This document shows, in pieces, positions 43,600 to 52,631 of a stretch of DNA of 64,000 bases (the first letter of the stretch is position 1; each line of letters starts with the position of its first letter). The translations under genes were made by a program, and so were the position numbers. The stretch is from IMG/VR virus record IMGVR_UViG_3300035703_000008, positions 62,001 to 126,000 of that record; one strand, 5' to 3'. The notes under the pieces are model-generated. The model saw nothing but the letters and a program-made list of their open reading frames with translations. It was not told the origin of the DNA and did no database searches.

Positions 43600-44756
43600 T
43601 GGGGTTGGGTAAACTTCTGTAGTCGATCGGGAAACTCGGCCTGAATCTGTGGCACGAGTGCATTCAAGTGTTGCTGATTGTATTTACACACCTCTCGACA
43701 AGCATCAAGGAAAGCCGAGAGGTCTTGGCGACAAAGATCCTCGACAATGTCGGTGATGCGTTCAACTCGTGCCTGATTGTCGTCGATGAGATCAAAACTT
43801 TCATCAATGACATGGTTGAATGTACGGAATCCTAGATCCTGCATGTCGCGATAAAAGCCTCGGTTGGCCACTGCTATCCAAGGGTGTGCCATGGCCAAGG
43901 GCTTGGCTATTTTCTCGGTGCGGAAACTATAGGGATAATCAAACACTGTTTCTGTGATCAAACTGAAATAGGTATCGATATAGGGTTCAGGACGGAGATA
44001 GATTTCGCCCCAGTCATCACCAAATAGATGGAACTTGACAAACTGAACTCCTTGAGGCACGGGTTCAGCTAGTTTAGCACGATATGTGTCAACTTCATAG
44101 TTTTCTGGCAAATACTGTACGGGACGATCCTCTAGCATGAGATTGCGCCCGTCTTGTTCCAGTCGAAGAATGCGACTGTTAAATCCTTTTCCTTCGAGAC
44201 AACTCCATAGACTCTGATCCAGCAGTCCCGAACTACGGAATCGTTCCATGAGATACTTGCGATGTGGTCGTGCCCGACCATTCAGGAACAGGAACTTGTA
44301 GGGCTTGATCTTTTTCTTGAAGATTTCACCTGACAACAAAAATGCCGAATGATTTTCGTGATATTTTAGGACTTGGGCCAGGAATGCATCATAACGTAGA
44401 CATGTGTAACCGGGTTCCATGTCTCCGCCGCCGATTACCAGTATGTGTCCTGCTAGTATGAGATCTTCCAGGCCCATCATGCGCATCTGCCAACGAAAGG
44501 TTTCTGATCCCTCGGCTGGATTGCTGATGATTACCAATGATCCTGGTCGTTGGGCTAGATCTCGCACCTTGGATGTGTTTTCTTTGCACTGCTGTCGTCC
44601 AATGAGATAGATGCTGTTGTCTACTGGTTCATGGGAAGAGAAATCCCAGAATTCGATGTCGGCTAGATGCGCTATCAGCTCGTAGACTTCGCAGTGAGTA
44701 TCGATGATGAGTTTACGACCGTTGAGCATGTGCTCTGCACTCCTCCCACCAGGCAC
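43590..44756 (-). CDS. glycosyltransferase-like protein (TEKxxKP family)
   Basis: FSLITETVF...RTEKIAKPLAMAHPW...DLGFRTFNHVIDESFD. Start probably at MLNGRK. Confidence 0.65.
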   Translation of the reverse strand: MPGGRSAEHMLNGRKLIIDTHCEVYELIAHLADIEFWDFSSHEPVDNSIYLIGRQQCKENTSKVRDLAQRPGSLVIISNPAEGSETFRWQMRMMGLEDLILAGHILVIGGGDMEPGYTCLRYDAFLAQVLKYHENHSAFLLSGEIFKKKIKPYKFLFLNGRARPHRKYLMERFRSSGLLDQSLWSCLEGKGFNSRILRLEQDGRNLMLEDRPVQYLPENYEVDTYRAKLAEPVPQGVQFVKFHLFGDDWGEIYLRPEPYIDTYFSLITETVFDYPYSFRTEKIAKPLAMAHPWIAVANRGFYRDMQDLGFRTFNHVIDESFDLIDDNQARVERITDIVEDLCRQDLSAFLDACREVCKYNQQHLNALVPQIQAEFPDRLQKFTQPHCQ

Positions 44757-46122
44757 GCATCTCAGGGAACGTGGCTAGAAAATTGGTGCCACGACGGCGA
44801 TCATGTTCGTTGAAAAATCTATAGAAGTCGGCCCGGGCCACAATGTTGTCTTGTTCTTGGCCTCGACGCATCCAAGCAAGATCCCGATCCAGACGCTGGC
44901 ATTCGTAGTCTTTGAAGCCCTGAAAACGTGTGGCTTCGGTTTCTTGGTTGGTCAGCATCCAGTCACGTATACGCTCCACCCGGGCGGCATAGCTCTCGGG
45001 CAGGATCTGCAGGCTCTGCCAGGCAGGTTGTCGCAGTACAGGTGTGTCAAACCAAACTCGCTGATAGGTCTTGCTGTGACGTCGGCGTAGATTCAGGATC
45101 TCGGCCAGGAATCGATCCAGGCTGGTCACTGATAGATTGTTCATGGTGATGATGAATGTGAGGCTGCTGCGATATGGAACTTGTTCAAGGAACTGTTCCA
45201 CTCGGCTCCACATGAGATCAAAGTCCAGACCATGCCGCATGTATTCAGCCTGTGATCCCCAGCCATCCACGCTGACATATTGCATGTAGTGTTCTACACG
45301 ATCCTGTTCGGTGATGCGTTTGACATAGTCGAGATATCGATCAAACAGTTTCTGCTCCACTGAGAAATTGGATGTGACATTGAGATGCAGTCGGGGATTG
45401 AGATGTTCCAACACATAATCAAACACACGATAGGTGTTGCGGTCCATCAATGGCTCGCCGCCGGTCATGCGGAAGTGTTCCAGTTCAGGATACAGGTCCG
45501 GCCACCAGCGCCAGAATGCTTCCACATATGGATTGTGTTCTCGATGTGGGATAGGTCTGCGTTCGCCTTCGAAATGAGTGAGTTGGTTGTGCGGCACACT
45601 GGTAGGGTAAGCACCTTCGCGCTGTATCTCGTCCATCCAACTGCTGGAGAATTGCGGGCTACAATAGCTGCACCGGAGATTACATGCCGAGTTGAAATTG
45701 ACTTCTACATAACTGGGTGTGGCATCTTGGTCCCAGGGCGCCGACATGATGGCATGGAAATCTCGTGCTGCCCAGGGCTCGCCAGATCTGTAATGACGAT
45801 CACTGAGCTTGCCATTGTCCTCCATGTTCCAGCAGTATTGACATTCTGGGGGACGTTGACCTTGTTTCATCATCAGACGCTGTTGCTTTTTATGGGCAGT
45901 GTTATGGATACCACTGGCGCTGCGACCGATATCCTCGAGAGTGATGCGATGCAAGGGAGGGTGATAGCAACTGTTGGTATGCCCTGTGGTGAGATGCAGG
46001 CTGACCTGTTTCCATTTGGCCAAGCACATGGCGTCGCCGAGGTCCTCCTTCATCTGCTCAGCGGAACTCAGAAACTTGCTCTTTCCTTCTTGTGTGACTT
46101 CGTCACCTTTGTTGTTTACCAA
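44713..46122 (-). CDS. radical SAM protein with an N-terminal Cys/His cluster
   Basis: CNLRCSYC, TGGEP; MCLAKW...SCYH...CQYC. Confidence 0.9.
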   Translation of the reverse strand: MVNNKGDEVTQEGKSKFLSSAEQMKEDLGDAMCLAKWKQVSLHLTTGHTNSCYHPPLHRITLEDIGRSASGIHNTAHKKQQRLMMKQGQRPPECQYCWNMEDNGKLSDRHYRSGEPWAARDFHAIMSAPWDQDATPSYVEVNFNSACNLRCSYCSPQFSSSWMDEIQREGAYPTSVPHNQLTHFEGERRPIPHREHNPYVEAFWRWWPDLYPELEHFRMTGGEPLMDRNTYRVFDYVLEHLNPRLHLNVTSNFSVEQKLFDRYLDYVKRITEQDRVEHYMQYVSVDGWGSQAEYMRHGLDFDLMWSRVEQFLEQVPYRSSLTFIITMNNLSVTSLDRFLAEILNLRRRHSKTYQRVWFDTPVLRQPAWQSLQILPESYAARVERIRDWMLTNQETEATRFQGFKDYECQRLDRDLAWMRRGQEQDNIVARADFYRFFNEHDRRRGTNFLATFPEMRAWWEECRAHAQRS

Positions 46123-47039
46123 CCTTCTTGTCTCCGGATCACATCAATCTCACGCACCATGATGCCTTGGTTATGCCAGTTACCACGATAGTGATGTTTG
46201 AAGAAACGGCTCTGGTCGGGATTCAGGGTGCATACTGGAAGATCCAACTGTGTTCGTAGAGCATTGGCATAGGTCTCGGCGGCTTCGTATGGGTCCACAT
46301 ACTGTTCTACCTCCCAGAGTTTTTCCAGGGCATCAAACCATTGCACTTCTCGATAGTCCCAGTCCGTGAGCATGGTCATGTATGTGCCCATCCTGGCGCC
46401 CATTATGGCCCAGATACCATGTTCGACGTCGTCTCCTACATTGTGCCACACTGTGAGATTGTCGAGATTCCTGTGATGTACACGATCGCGGAATTCGCTG
46501 AGACTGGGTCTTGCACCTTTGTTGAGGCACATCTTGACACCTTCACGGAAACCCGCACGCCAGGCATGCTTGGCGGATCCGTTGGGATGGGTAGTAGAAT
46601 AACAATCATGCATGGGCCAATACAAGGGATCGAAACAAAATTCGACCACTGTCTCGTCCCTGCCATCAGTGTTTTCATGTGTTTTCATACCAAGCACAAA
46701 CTCGCGTGTCCACGAACTCATACCACCGTTACCGTACATGAGTCCATTGATCTCATTCCTGGCTCGCCAACGGAACACAGCCTGTTCCCATTCTCGGGTA
46801 GGCATGTCCAAGATCAGGTTAAAGAACTCAGGGTCAGGCATGTTGTCGCCATCGATGAGTATGAATCGTTCGGTGTCCGAAGCTTCGGCTGCGGCCTTGT
46901 GTGCAGCATCTGAGCCCTTGACTCCATCTACACGTTTGGCCCAAGGTACCATGTTGCGTATTCGAACCCAGAATTCTTCTTTCTGCGGTTCGTCGTAGCT
47001 GAGATAGATACAATCAAGATCGGCTACATCAATTTTCAT
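46116..47039 (-). CDS. GT-A-like glycosyltransferase
   Basis: DCIYLSYDEP, RVDGVKGSDAAHKAAA, FILIDGDN (DxD), YGNGG, AWRAGFREGVKM. Confidence 0.65.
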   Translation of the reverse strand: MKIDVADLDCIYLSYDEPQKEEFWVRIRNMVPWAKRVDGVKGSDAAHKAAAEASDTERFILIDGDNMPDPEFFNLILDMPTREWEQAVFRWRARNEINGLMYGNGGMSSWTREFVLGMKTHENTDGRDETVVEFCFDPLYWPMHDCYSTTHPNGSAKHAWRAGFREGVKMCLNKGARPSLSEFRDRVHHRNLDNLTVWHNVGDDVEHGIWAIMGARMGTYMTMLTDWDYREVQWFDALEKLWEVEQYVDPYEAAETYANALRTQLDLPVCTLNPDQSRFFKHHYRGNWHNQGIMVREIDVIRRQEGW

Positions 47040-47454
47040 AGGTTTTCTTCCATTTCGTATGAGCAGTGACAGGATCTACTACAACGCTGACATCCCTCGG
47101 GTGGCACGGTGTGCCCGAATCTCTGGGTCTCAATTTTCCCACCCCAGTGCCAGTGTCTAACAATACCAGTCGACCATCTACCACACGCACATTCCTGGAG
47201 CTTTGTGCATAAGTGGCCTGGTCGATGTCTATGTAATTACCGGGCAGATCTTCTTGGCTGTAGAATAAAGGATTGCCTTGATCATCATAGTATAAGCGAT
47301 AAAGAATCGGCTGTGCTTCTTGGCCTTGGGTAAGACGCGCTACCTCGGCCCAGAAATCTTCGGCTTCGCTCATGTCCAATCCTTGTGATAGTAGTGTACC
47401 AGCCCCCACTGTGCCACAGTATTGATCCTTAGACCTGGCTGTGTTTTTTCCCAC
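47029..47454 (-). CDS. hypothetical protein
   Basis: ORF in operon context. The true start is probably near MSEAEDF (47373). Confidence 0.6.
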   Translation of the reverse strand: MGKNTARSKDQYCGTVGAGTLLSQGLDMSEAEDFWAEVARLTQGQEAQPILYRLYYDDQGNPLFYSQEDLPGNYIDIDQATYAQSSRNVRVVDGRLVLLDTGTGVGKLRPRDSGTPCHPRDVSVVVDPVTAHTKWKKTYEN

Positions 47455-48104
47455 ACCAGTTCTTGACGCCAGTCATCAGTGGCTGTGCCGATGATGTTCT
47501 TTTTCATGTGTACTATGCGTGGAGTCACTGATGCAGGTAAGGTCACTGTTTCAGGACCAAGTATCTGTGCAGCCATGGCATAAACCACGTCTGTGGTGGG
47601 TTCATTTTCGGGCATGATCAGCATGCTGCGAAACTTGGACCAGTTGTCAAAGATCGATCTCACCGTGGCAAAAAATTGCTGTGCAGTGCGACTCAGCCTC
47701 CAGTAGGTCACAGCATTGTAGACATCGGGCAACCCATTGGCGTCAAACACCCGTCGATACCTGCGGTCTTTGCCGACTTGATCATAGTAGTCGCGGCAGC
47801 CTTGGCTGATGACCACATCCCGGTGTTCAAACAAGGCCCAGAGATGATCTATGGCACTGGCACACCACATGTCGGCTTCCAGCTTGATGGTCTGTCGATA
47901 GGGAGAAATCTCGAACATCTGCCAGTCATTGGCGAATCCGCCTTGATCACCGTGGGGAAGTTGATCCCGGGTGACTATGGTTATGTCGGCCGCGGGATGC
48001 CATTCGCGTATGGTGCGTGCCAGTTGTTCAGCGCAGGCCACATAGTCGCAGTCATCGGTGTTGATGGCCGGTATCAGATAGCCACGTTCAGCTCGTACTG
48101 GCAA
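47370..48104 (-). CDS. nucleotide-diphospho-sugar transferase-like (GT-A) protein
   Basis: RGYLIPAIN...DYVACA...SPYRQTIKLEADM; paralogue of 48088. Confidence 0.6.
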   Translation of the reverse strand: MPVRAERGYLIPAINTDDCDYVACAEQLARTIREWHPAADITIVTRDQLPHGDQGGFANDWQMFEISPYRQTIKLEADMWCASAIDHLWALFEHRDVVISQGCRDYYDQVGKDRRYRRVFDANGLPDVYNAVTYWRLSRTAQQFFATVRSIFDNWSKFRSMLIMPENEPTTDVVYAMAAQILGPETVTLPASVTPRIVHMKKNIIGTATDDWRQELVWEKTQPGLRINTVAQWGLVHYYHKDWT

Positions 48105-48951
48105 TGATGTCTCCTAGATGTTTTTTGCCCATGGCATGGAAATCATGATCGGCGATGTCAACCCATCGGGCGCGTCCGTCTTGAGCTCGATAGTCTACTC
48201 GGAAATGATCGTCACTGATCTGGCTCAGTCGGGAATCCGGCATTACCGATGCTAGATCCCAGGCTATGGCATTCTGGTTTCCTGTGTGGCCCGACAGTAT
48301 ATTGAGCGCGATGCTGAGAGCATGATCGTTGCGATAGGTACGACTGTTGATACCGTAGAGATCTTTGTAATGTACCCAATTTTCTTTGACCATGTTCATG
48401 ACACCAAAAACGTGATCAGCCACTGCTCCTTTGCGGAACATCATCACTGTGGCCCAAGACATGGGCATGCGAACACGTCCAAAATAATTGAGATCTTCGT
48501 GACCGGGCCTGGCAGCCACATCATAGGCCCAGCGATGGCAGAGAAAGTCTTCGCTGCTGTCTAACAACAGTCTCAATCGATCGCTGGCCACTACATAGTC
48601 AGCGTCTAAGACCAGGGTCTGTCGCCAGGGAGTGAACAAGTTGGCATCACAACGATTGTGATTGTACCAGGTCACAGAAGCGTCGAGATCTTCGAAGTAT
48701 CTACGAGTATCGTGTTCATAACGCTCGATGTCCAAGACTCGATCAAACATCTTCATGCCGCGAGTACTAGCATCAGTGACCACACATACTGGGATATCTA
48801 GATGTCGATGTATGCGTTCAGCGCTCCATGCAGCCATCCGTAGATAATCAATGCCTTCGTTGTTGATGGCGAAGATTAGAGCACCAACACTCATCGCTTT
48901 TTCTGCGCTTCCTGGTGCTCCAACAGCCAAGCTGTCATCTGCTCTTGCCAT
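48088..48951 (-). CDS. nucleotide-diphospho-sugar transferase-like (GT-A) protein
   Basis: GALIFAINN..IDY...PVCVVTD...TPWRQTLVLDADY (DxD), RNDHALSIA. Start probably at MSVGAL (48894). Confidence 0.65.
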   Translation of the reverse strand: MARADDSLAVGAPGSAEKAMSVGALIFAINNEGIDYLRMAAWSAERIHRHLDIPVCVVTDASTRGMKMFDRVLDIERYEHDTRRYFEDLDASVTWYNHNRCDANLFTPWRQTLVLDADYVVASDRLRLLLDSSEDFLCHRWAYDVAARPGHEDLNYFGRVRMPMSWATVMMFRKGAVADHVFGVMNMVKENWVHYKDLYGINSRTYRNDHALSIALNILSGHTGNQNAIAWDLASVMPDSRLSQISDDHFRVDYRAQDGRARWVDIADHDFHAMGKKHLGDIIASTS

Positions 48952-49196
48952 CTCTGTTGGCTCATGGCCATGAGCTGTTCTACTTCTACCCGCACAGGAT
49001 TGTCATAGAGATCCAGGATCACTGCCTGCGGCTCGACACAGGTCTTGAGCAGGATCTGCAATTCCGGTCCGGCTCGCCACATGCCTCCAGCATAGGCAAA
49101 CAGCATTTTGGCGAGATATTTTTCTTTGAGCACACGTTTTTGAGCCTCGTGGTCAAAACGGGCGCGAGCATTTTCTACTAGTTGATCAGTATTCAT
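48891..49196 (-). CDS. hypothetical protein
   Basis: 101-aa ORF, first gene after the tail-gene terminator. Confidence 0.7.
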   Translation of the reverse strand: MNTDQLVENARARFDHEAQKRVLKEKYLAKMLFAYAGGMWRAGPELQILLKTCVEPQAVILDLYDNPVRVEVEQLMAMSQQRWQEQMTAWLLEHQEAQKKR

Positions 49197-49228
49197 GAGT
49201 TGATTTTACAGCAAAAAAAGATAAAAGT

Positions 49229-49250
49229 AAAGGGCCACTAGGGCCCTTTT
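49229..49250. terminator. bidirectional intrinsic terminator
   Basis: AAAGGGCC-ACTAG-GGCCCTTT with T-rich tails on both strands. Confidence 0.7.
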
Positions 49251-49270
49251 GGTAAAACGTCAGTGTGCGA

Positions 49271-50263
49271 TTAGGCCACTGTGGCAGCGATAGTGGGTGT
49301 GCCCCAGGAAGCGCTGGTGAGATATGTGCTTGAAGGTGGGAAATAAGTGACCACTGTGGCCGGGGCTGTACCAAAACTCGAGAACGGAGATGTGGTAGCT
49401 GTACCGCCCGAAATAGCGTCAGTGGAACCTGCTCCCGAACCGCCCGGATCTACCCATGTGGTAGTAAGGATCAGCTGTGTGCCATCTGCGCTCTTGCGAG
49501 CAGCGATAGCGATGTACTGTGTGGTATAGGGAGGAGTATCTGCGTACTGCTGGTAAATCGTTACATTGCTGGTGGTGAGATCGTACCAACCTGTGGTTGT
49601 GGCCAGGGTGCTGGGAGTACCAGTACCACCAGTCTTGGTAGTACCTGTGTAAGTGGTCCCGCCAATGGTTTGTGTGAGGCTTCCACCGGTGATGAAAATA
49701 TCTCCACACAGTGTGTTGGCCAGATCGTTCCACTCGTCGTCGGCTTCAGTACCAGTGGATGTCTTGCTGAACTCGACCTTGATGCGTCCGCCAGCATTGA
49801 AAAAATAGCGTGCGGCATCTGTGCTGGCAAATGTCACTGTGTGTGTGAATGTGATGGTCCATGCACTGGATCCCGACCCTGTGCCTGTGGTCTTGCTGGT
49901 AGTGCCCGAAAATGTAGTGACCTGTGTGCCATTGGCCGCAGCATTACCGCGGTTGTTGGTGACATTGGTAAGGTCTGTGTTGAGTGCGTTAAGGATCGAG
50001 ATCGTATCGCCAGCCACTGGAGCGACACGAGCTGTGATCGAAGTTCCTTGATGGTTGGCCATGGCACTGATGGTGTTGACCAGGCTGGCCCATTGTGTAG
50101 CTGTCACTGTTCCAGCTGCAGATACAGTAGCCAAAGCACTTTGACCGTATCCTTTGTCTGCACTTCCTGTTGACCAAACGTCGTTTACGTTGGCACCAGA
50201 TGTAGTGCTCACAAATCCATTATAGTCTGTTGCTTGTATCAGTCCGCCCGATGTATACGTCAT
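49271..50263 (-). CDS. virion structural protein (tail fibre/baseplate-associated, Thr/Gly-rich)
   Basis: MTYTSGGLIQATDYN...ARYFFNAGGRI; T/G/S-rich beta composition; in the tail module. Confidence 0.65.
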   Translation of the reverse strand: MTYTSGGLIQATDYNGFVSTTSGANVNDVWSTGSADKGYGQSALATVSAAGTVTATQWASLVNTISAMANHQGTSITARVAPVAGDTISILNALNTDLTNVTNNRGNAAANGTQVTTFSGTTSKTTGTGSGSSAWTITFTHTVTFASTDAARYFFNAGGRIKVEFSKTSTGTEADDEWNDLANTLCGDIFITGGSLTQTIGGTTYTGTTKTGGTGTPSTLATTTGWYDLTTSNVTIYQQYADTPPYTTQYIAIAARKSADGTQLILTTTWVDPGGSGAGSTDAISGGTATTSPFSSFGTAPATVVTYFPPSSTYLTSASWGTPTIAATVA

Positions 50264-50272
50264 TTTCTGTCC

Positions 50273-51808
50273 TTATTTTGTTGCCACGATGGCTTCGACC
50301 ATGCCTTCAGAGGTCGAATTTTTGTCTTCAAGTGCTCGGCCTATAACATTAAATGCTGTGGCCTCACCTGGTCTAGCAGATCGGGCAAAACCGTCACCGG
50401 CACTGACCAATCTGTCTCCTTTTTTCACTGATCCTACTACTCGAACTGGTACCCGTCCTGTCATTGCGATAGGGGGATGTGTTTCATCTGTACCAGCCGC
50501 CGAGTTCATAAGATAGGCTGCTCTTGTACTTATTACACCAAACACATTTTCGCTGAGTTCGCTCTGTGCTTTGGTGATTTCTGCTACGCCGCCGAGCTCA
50601 ACTACAGTGCCCGGTGCATACTCTTGATCGGCTGCAAAACGCTCGGCTACGTCAGCGTACTGTGCCGAAGTGGCTTTGGCGAATACTGTATTGAAATAAC
50701 CGGTACTGGATCCCACGTTGCCCACGCCGTTGGCATTGTTATTAATGATACCAGCCAGGGCCACGTTACCTCCTACTGTGAGCTGATTCACTGACTTATT
50801 AAAGGCCAAACCGCTGGTGGCATTGAGAACACCGTTGTCGTTGAACTGTACCTGTGTGTTGGATCCAGCTGGTGTGACGTTGCCAGAAATGCTGCCACCG
50901 CTGAGTGTGAGGTTACCAGCGATGGAGACATTGGTTGGGAAAGTGACCACACTGGTGTCGCCACGCACTGACATGATGGTAGTGGATACACCACCGTCAT
51001 TGACTTGTACGAATAGGTTGCCGTCCTGGGTGGCATTGCGGATATACACATCGCTGCCTGTGACAGAAATACGAGCATCGCTGTCAACACCAACACTGAG
51101 ACCCGAATCATTGACGATTCCCAGGGTGCCGCTTGTGGTATCATTGGATGTGGAGCTTAAAAATCCTGTACTGTCTACACCATCCAATGTTTGTGCATCA
51201 GTGGAAGTGCCGCGGAATAGAGCATTTGTGATCGTGGTGCTCAGCTGGATACCTGGACCGATAGTGGTAAAACCCGAGATACCAGTTTGTGGAGTGAATG
51301 TGGCATCTTTGGATACGATGGCAACGACATCATCTTCAACAAACAGTTTTACTACCACATGATCTACCGAAAGATTGTCTGTTACAGTGTCTACAACAGC
51401 ACCTGATGTGCCTTGGCCCGAAGTTGATGCAGGGCCCACCAGGATCCATGCTGCACCTGTGTAAACTTTGAGCTGTGCGTTTACGGAGTCATACCAGAGA
51501 TCACCAGCCACGTTTGATGTTGGTGCGGTTGAACTAGCTGTGGCTGCGGATATCACCTTGAAGGTGCTTCCGTTGAATACCTTCATCACGCCACCGGCCT
51601 TGTCCCACCATAGCTGACCTACCAGCGGCGCGCCGGGTGGAGTGGTATTGGAACCATTTTCCAAAAGGTGGATAAAGTTTTCATCCAGGAACTCACCGTA
51701 GCCGGCGTAGTTTTTGCCCACCAATACCATGCTAGAGCTGGTATTAATGGTGCCATCAGCGATGGTAGCAAATATACTACCATCGGTTAAGTTAATCGTG
51801 TATGCCAT
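50273..51808 (-). CDS. tail fibre protein with a C-terminal intramolecular-chaperone-like (peptidase G2/S74-type) domain
   Basis: N-terminal LVGKNYAGYGEFLDENFIHLLEN...GQLWWD; C-terminal YADVAERF...PGTVV...GVIST...GRVPVRVVGSVKKGDRLVS. Confidence 0.75.
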   Translation of the reverse strand: MAYTINLTDGSIFATIADGTINTSSSMVLVGKNYAGYGEFLDENFIHLLENGSNTTPPGAPLVGQLWWDKAGGVMKVFNGSTFKVISAATASSTAPTSNVAGDLWYDSVNAQLKVYTGAAWILVGPASTSGQGTSGAVVDTVTDNLSVDHVVVKLFVEDDVVAIVSKDATFTPQTGISGFTTIGPGIQLSTTITNALFRGTSTDAQTLDGVDSTGFLSSTSNDTTSGTLGIVNDSGLSVGVDSDARISVTGSDVYIRNATQDGNLFVQVNDGGVSTTIMSVRGDTSVVTFPTNVSIAGNLTLSGGSISGNVTPAGSNTQVQFNDNGVLNATSGLAFNKSVNQLTVGGNVALAGIINNNANGVGNVGSSTGYFNTVFAKATSAQYADVAERFAADQEYAPGTVVELGGVAEITKAQSELSENVFGVISTRAAYLMNSAAGTDETHPPIAMTGRVPVRVVGSVKKGDRLVSAGDGFARSARPGEATAFNVIGRALEDKNSTSEGMVEAIVATK

Positions 51809-51831
51809 CTGTGGTTACTCCGTCCTGTCAG

Positions 51832-51839
51832 TATTTATA
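51832..51839 (-). promoter_or_regulatory. T4-type late promoter TATAAATA upstream of the tail fibre gene
   Basis: Perfect TATAAATA on the minus strand. A second CATAAATA lies at 51857-51864. Confidence 0.75.
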
Positions 51840-51859
51840 GCGGAATTCTGTACGCATAT

Positions 51860-52465
51860 TTATGCGGCACTCAAGTTAGTCAGTGTTTGAATACGCACTG
51901 TATAGTCAATCTGTATCTGTCGATTCAAGCTCTTTTGAACTGGGTGGAAGATCACGTGTGTGATCAACATGAGATCTGAACTGGATCCCTCCCAGCTCTT
52001 GAGTCCTAGTTCATCAAACACGTAATCGCCATTGAAATTGGTGCTGTTGTCAAAGGCCTGTTGCCCGGGTGGTTCACCGTAATCAAGCAAACAGCTGACC
52101 AGTACATCAGTATACACCCGACCCGAGGTATGCAATACCGTGAGTTTGTTTCGCGTAGGATCTGTGTTGGCCGGGCTGTTATCGTCCACAACTTTGCTGT
52201 AGGTTTGATTGTAGAGATCTGCGTTCTGTCCCGTGGTGTTAGGGGGCAGATATGTGATCACTCCTGTGGGATCTACACTGCTGCCGCCATTTCCAAAGGC
52301 CATGGCATAGACGAATCCCAGGTTCTTATTGGCCAAGGTCTGTGCCAATGCTATACTCATGTTTTCATAATGGATAGCATTTTTCTTTTCAACAAAAACT
52401 TCGCCCGAGTTGGGATCATAGATCTTGAGTCGGCCTTCGATCTGGGCAGGTCCTAGATCCATCAT
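51860..52465 (-). CDS. virion structural protein (baseplate/tail-associated, putative)
   Basis: GRLKIYDP...KNAIHYENMS...MAFGNGG...FDELGL...HPVQKSLNRQIQIDYTVRI; in the tail module. Confidence 0.65.
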   Translation of the reverse strand: MMDLGPAQIEGRLKIYDPNSGEVFVEKKNAIHYENMSIALAQTLANKNLGFVYAMAFGNGGSSVDPTGVITYLPPNTTGQNADLYNQTYSKVVDDNSPANTDPTRNKLTVLHTSGRVYTDVLVSCLLDYGEPPGQQAFDNSTNFNGDYVFDELGLKSWEGSSSDLMLITHVIFHPVQKSLNRQIQIDYTVRIQTLTNLSAA

Positions 52466-52614
52466 GCTCGTTTCTCCACGTAGACTTCTTTGGTGTTAGG
52501 GTCAAAAATCTTCACGAATCCGTCGATCTGCAAGGTGCCGGTTTCATTGGGACGTGCGGGCACAGGTTGCGATGCTTTTTCGTTGAGAGGTTGTGTTTCT
52601 TTCTTTTCTTCCAT
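52462..52614 (-). CDS. small protein, 50 aa, homologous to the N-terminus of the next gene
   Basis: Manual ORF MEEKKETQP...TLQIDGFVKIFDPNTKEVYVEKRA*. TAAATA 4 nt upstream; ATGA-coupled downstream. Confidence 0.7.
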   Translation of the reverse strand: MEEKKETQPLNEKASQPVPARPNETGTLQIDGFVKIFDPNTKEVYVEKRA

Positions 52615-52631
52615 ACCTTATTTACCAGTGT

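Noticed and set aside
45385-46191. Long antisense ORFs from the track (for example 45385-46191, 36600-37382, 40141-40929, 54678-55391)
   Set aside because: They are shadow frames opposite well-supported genes, with no motifs and no translational coupling.
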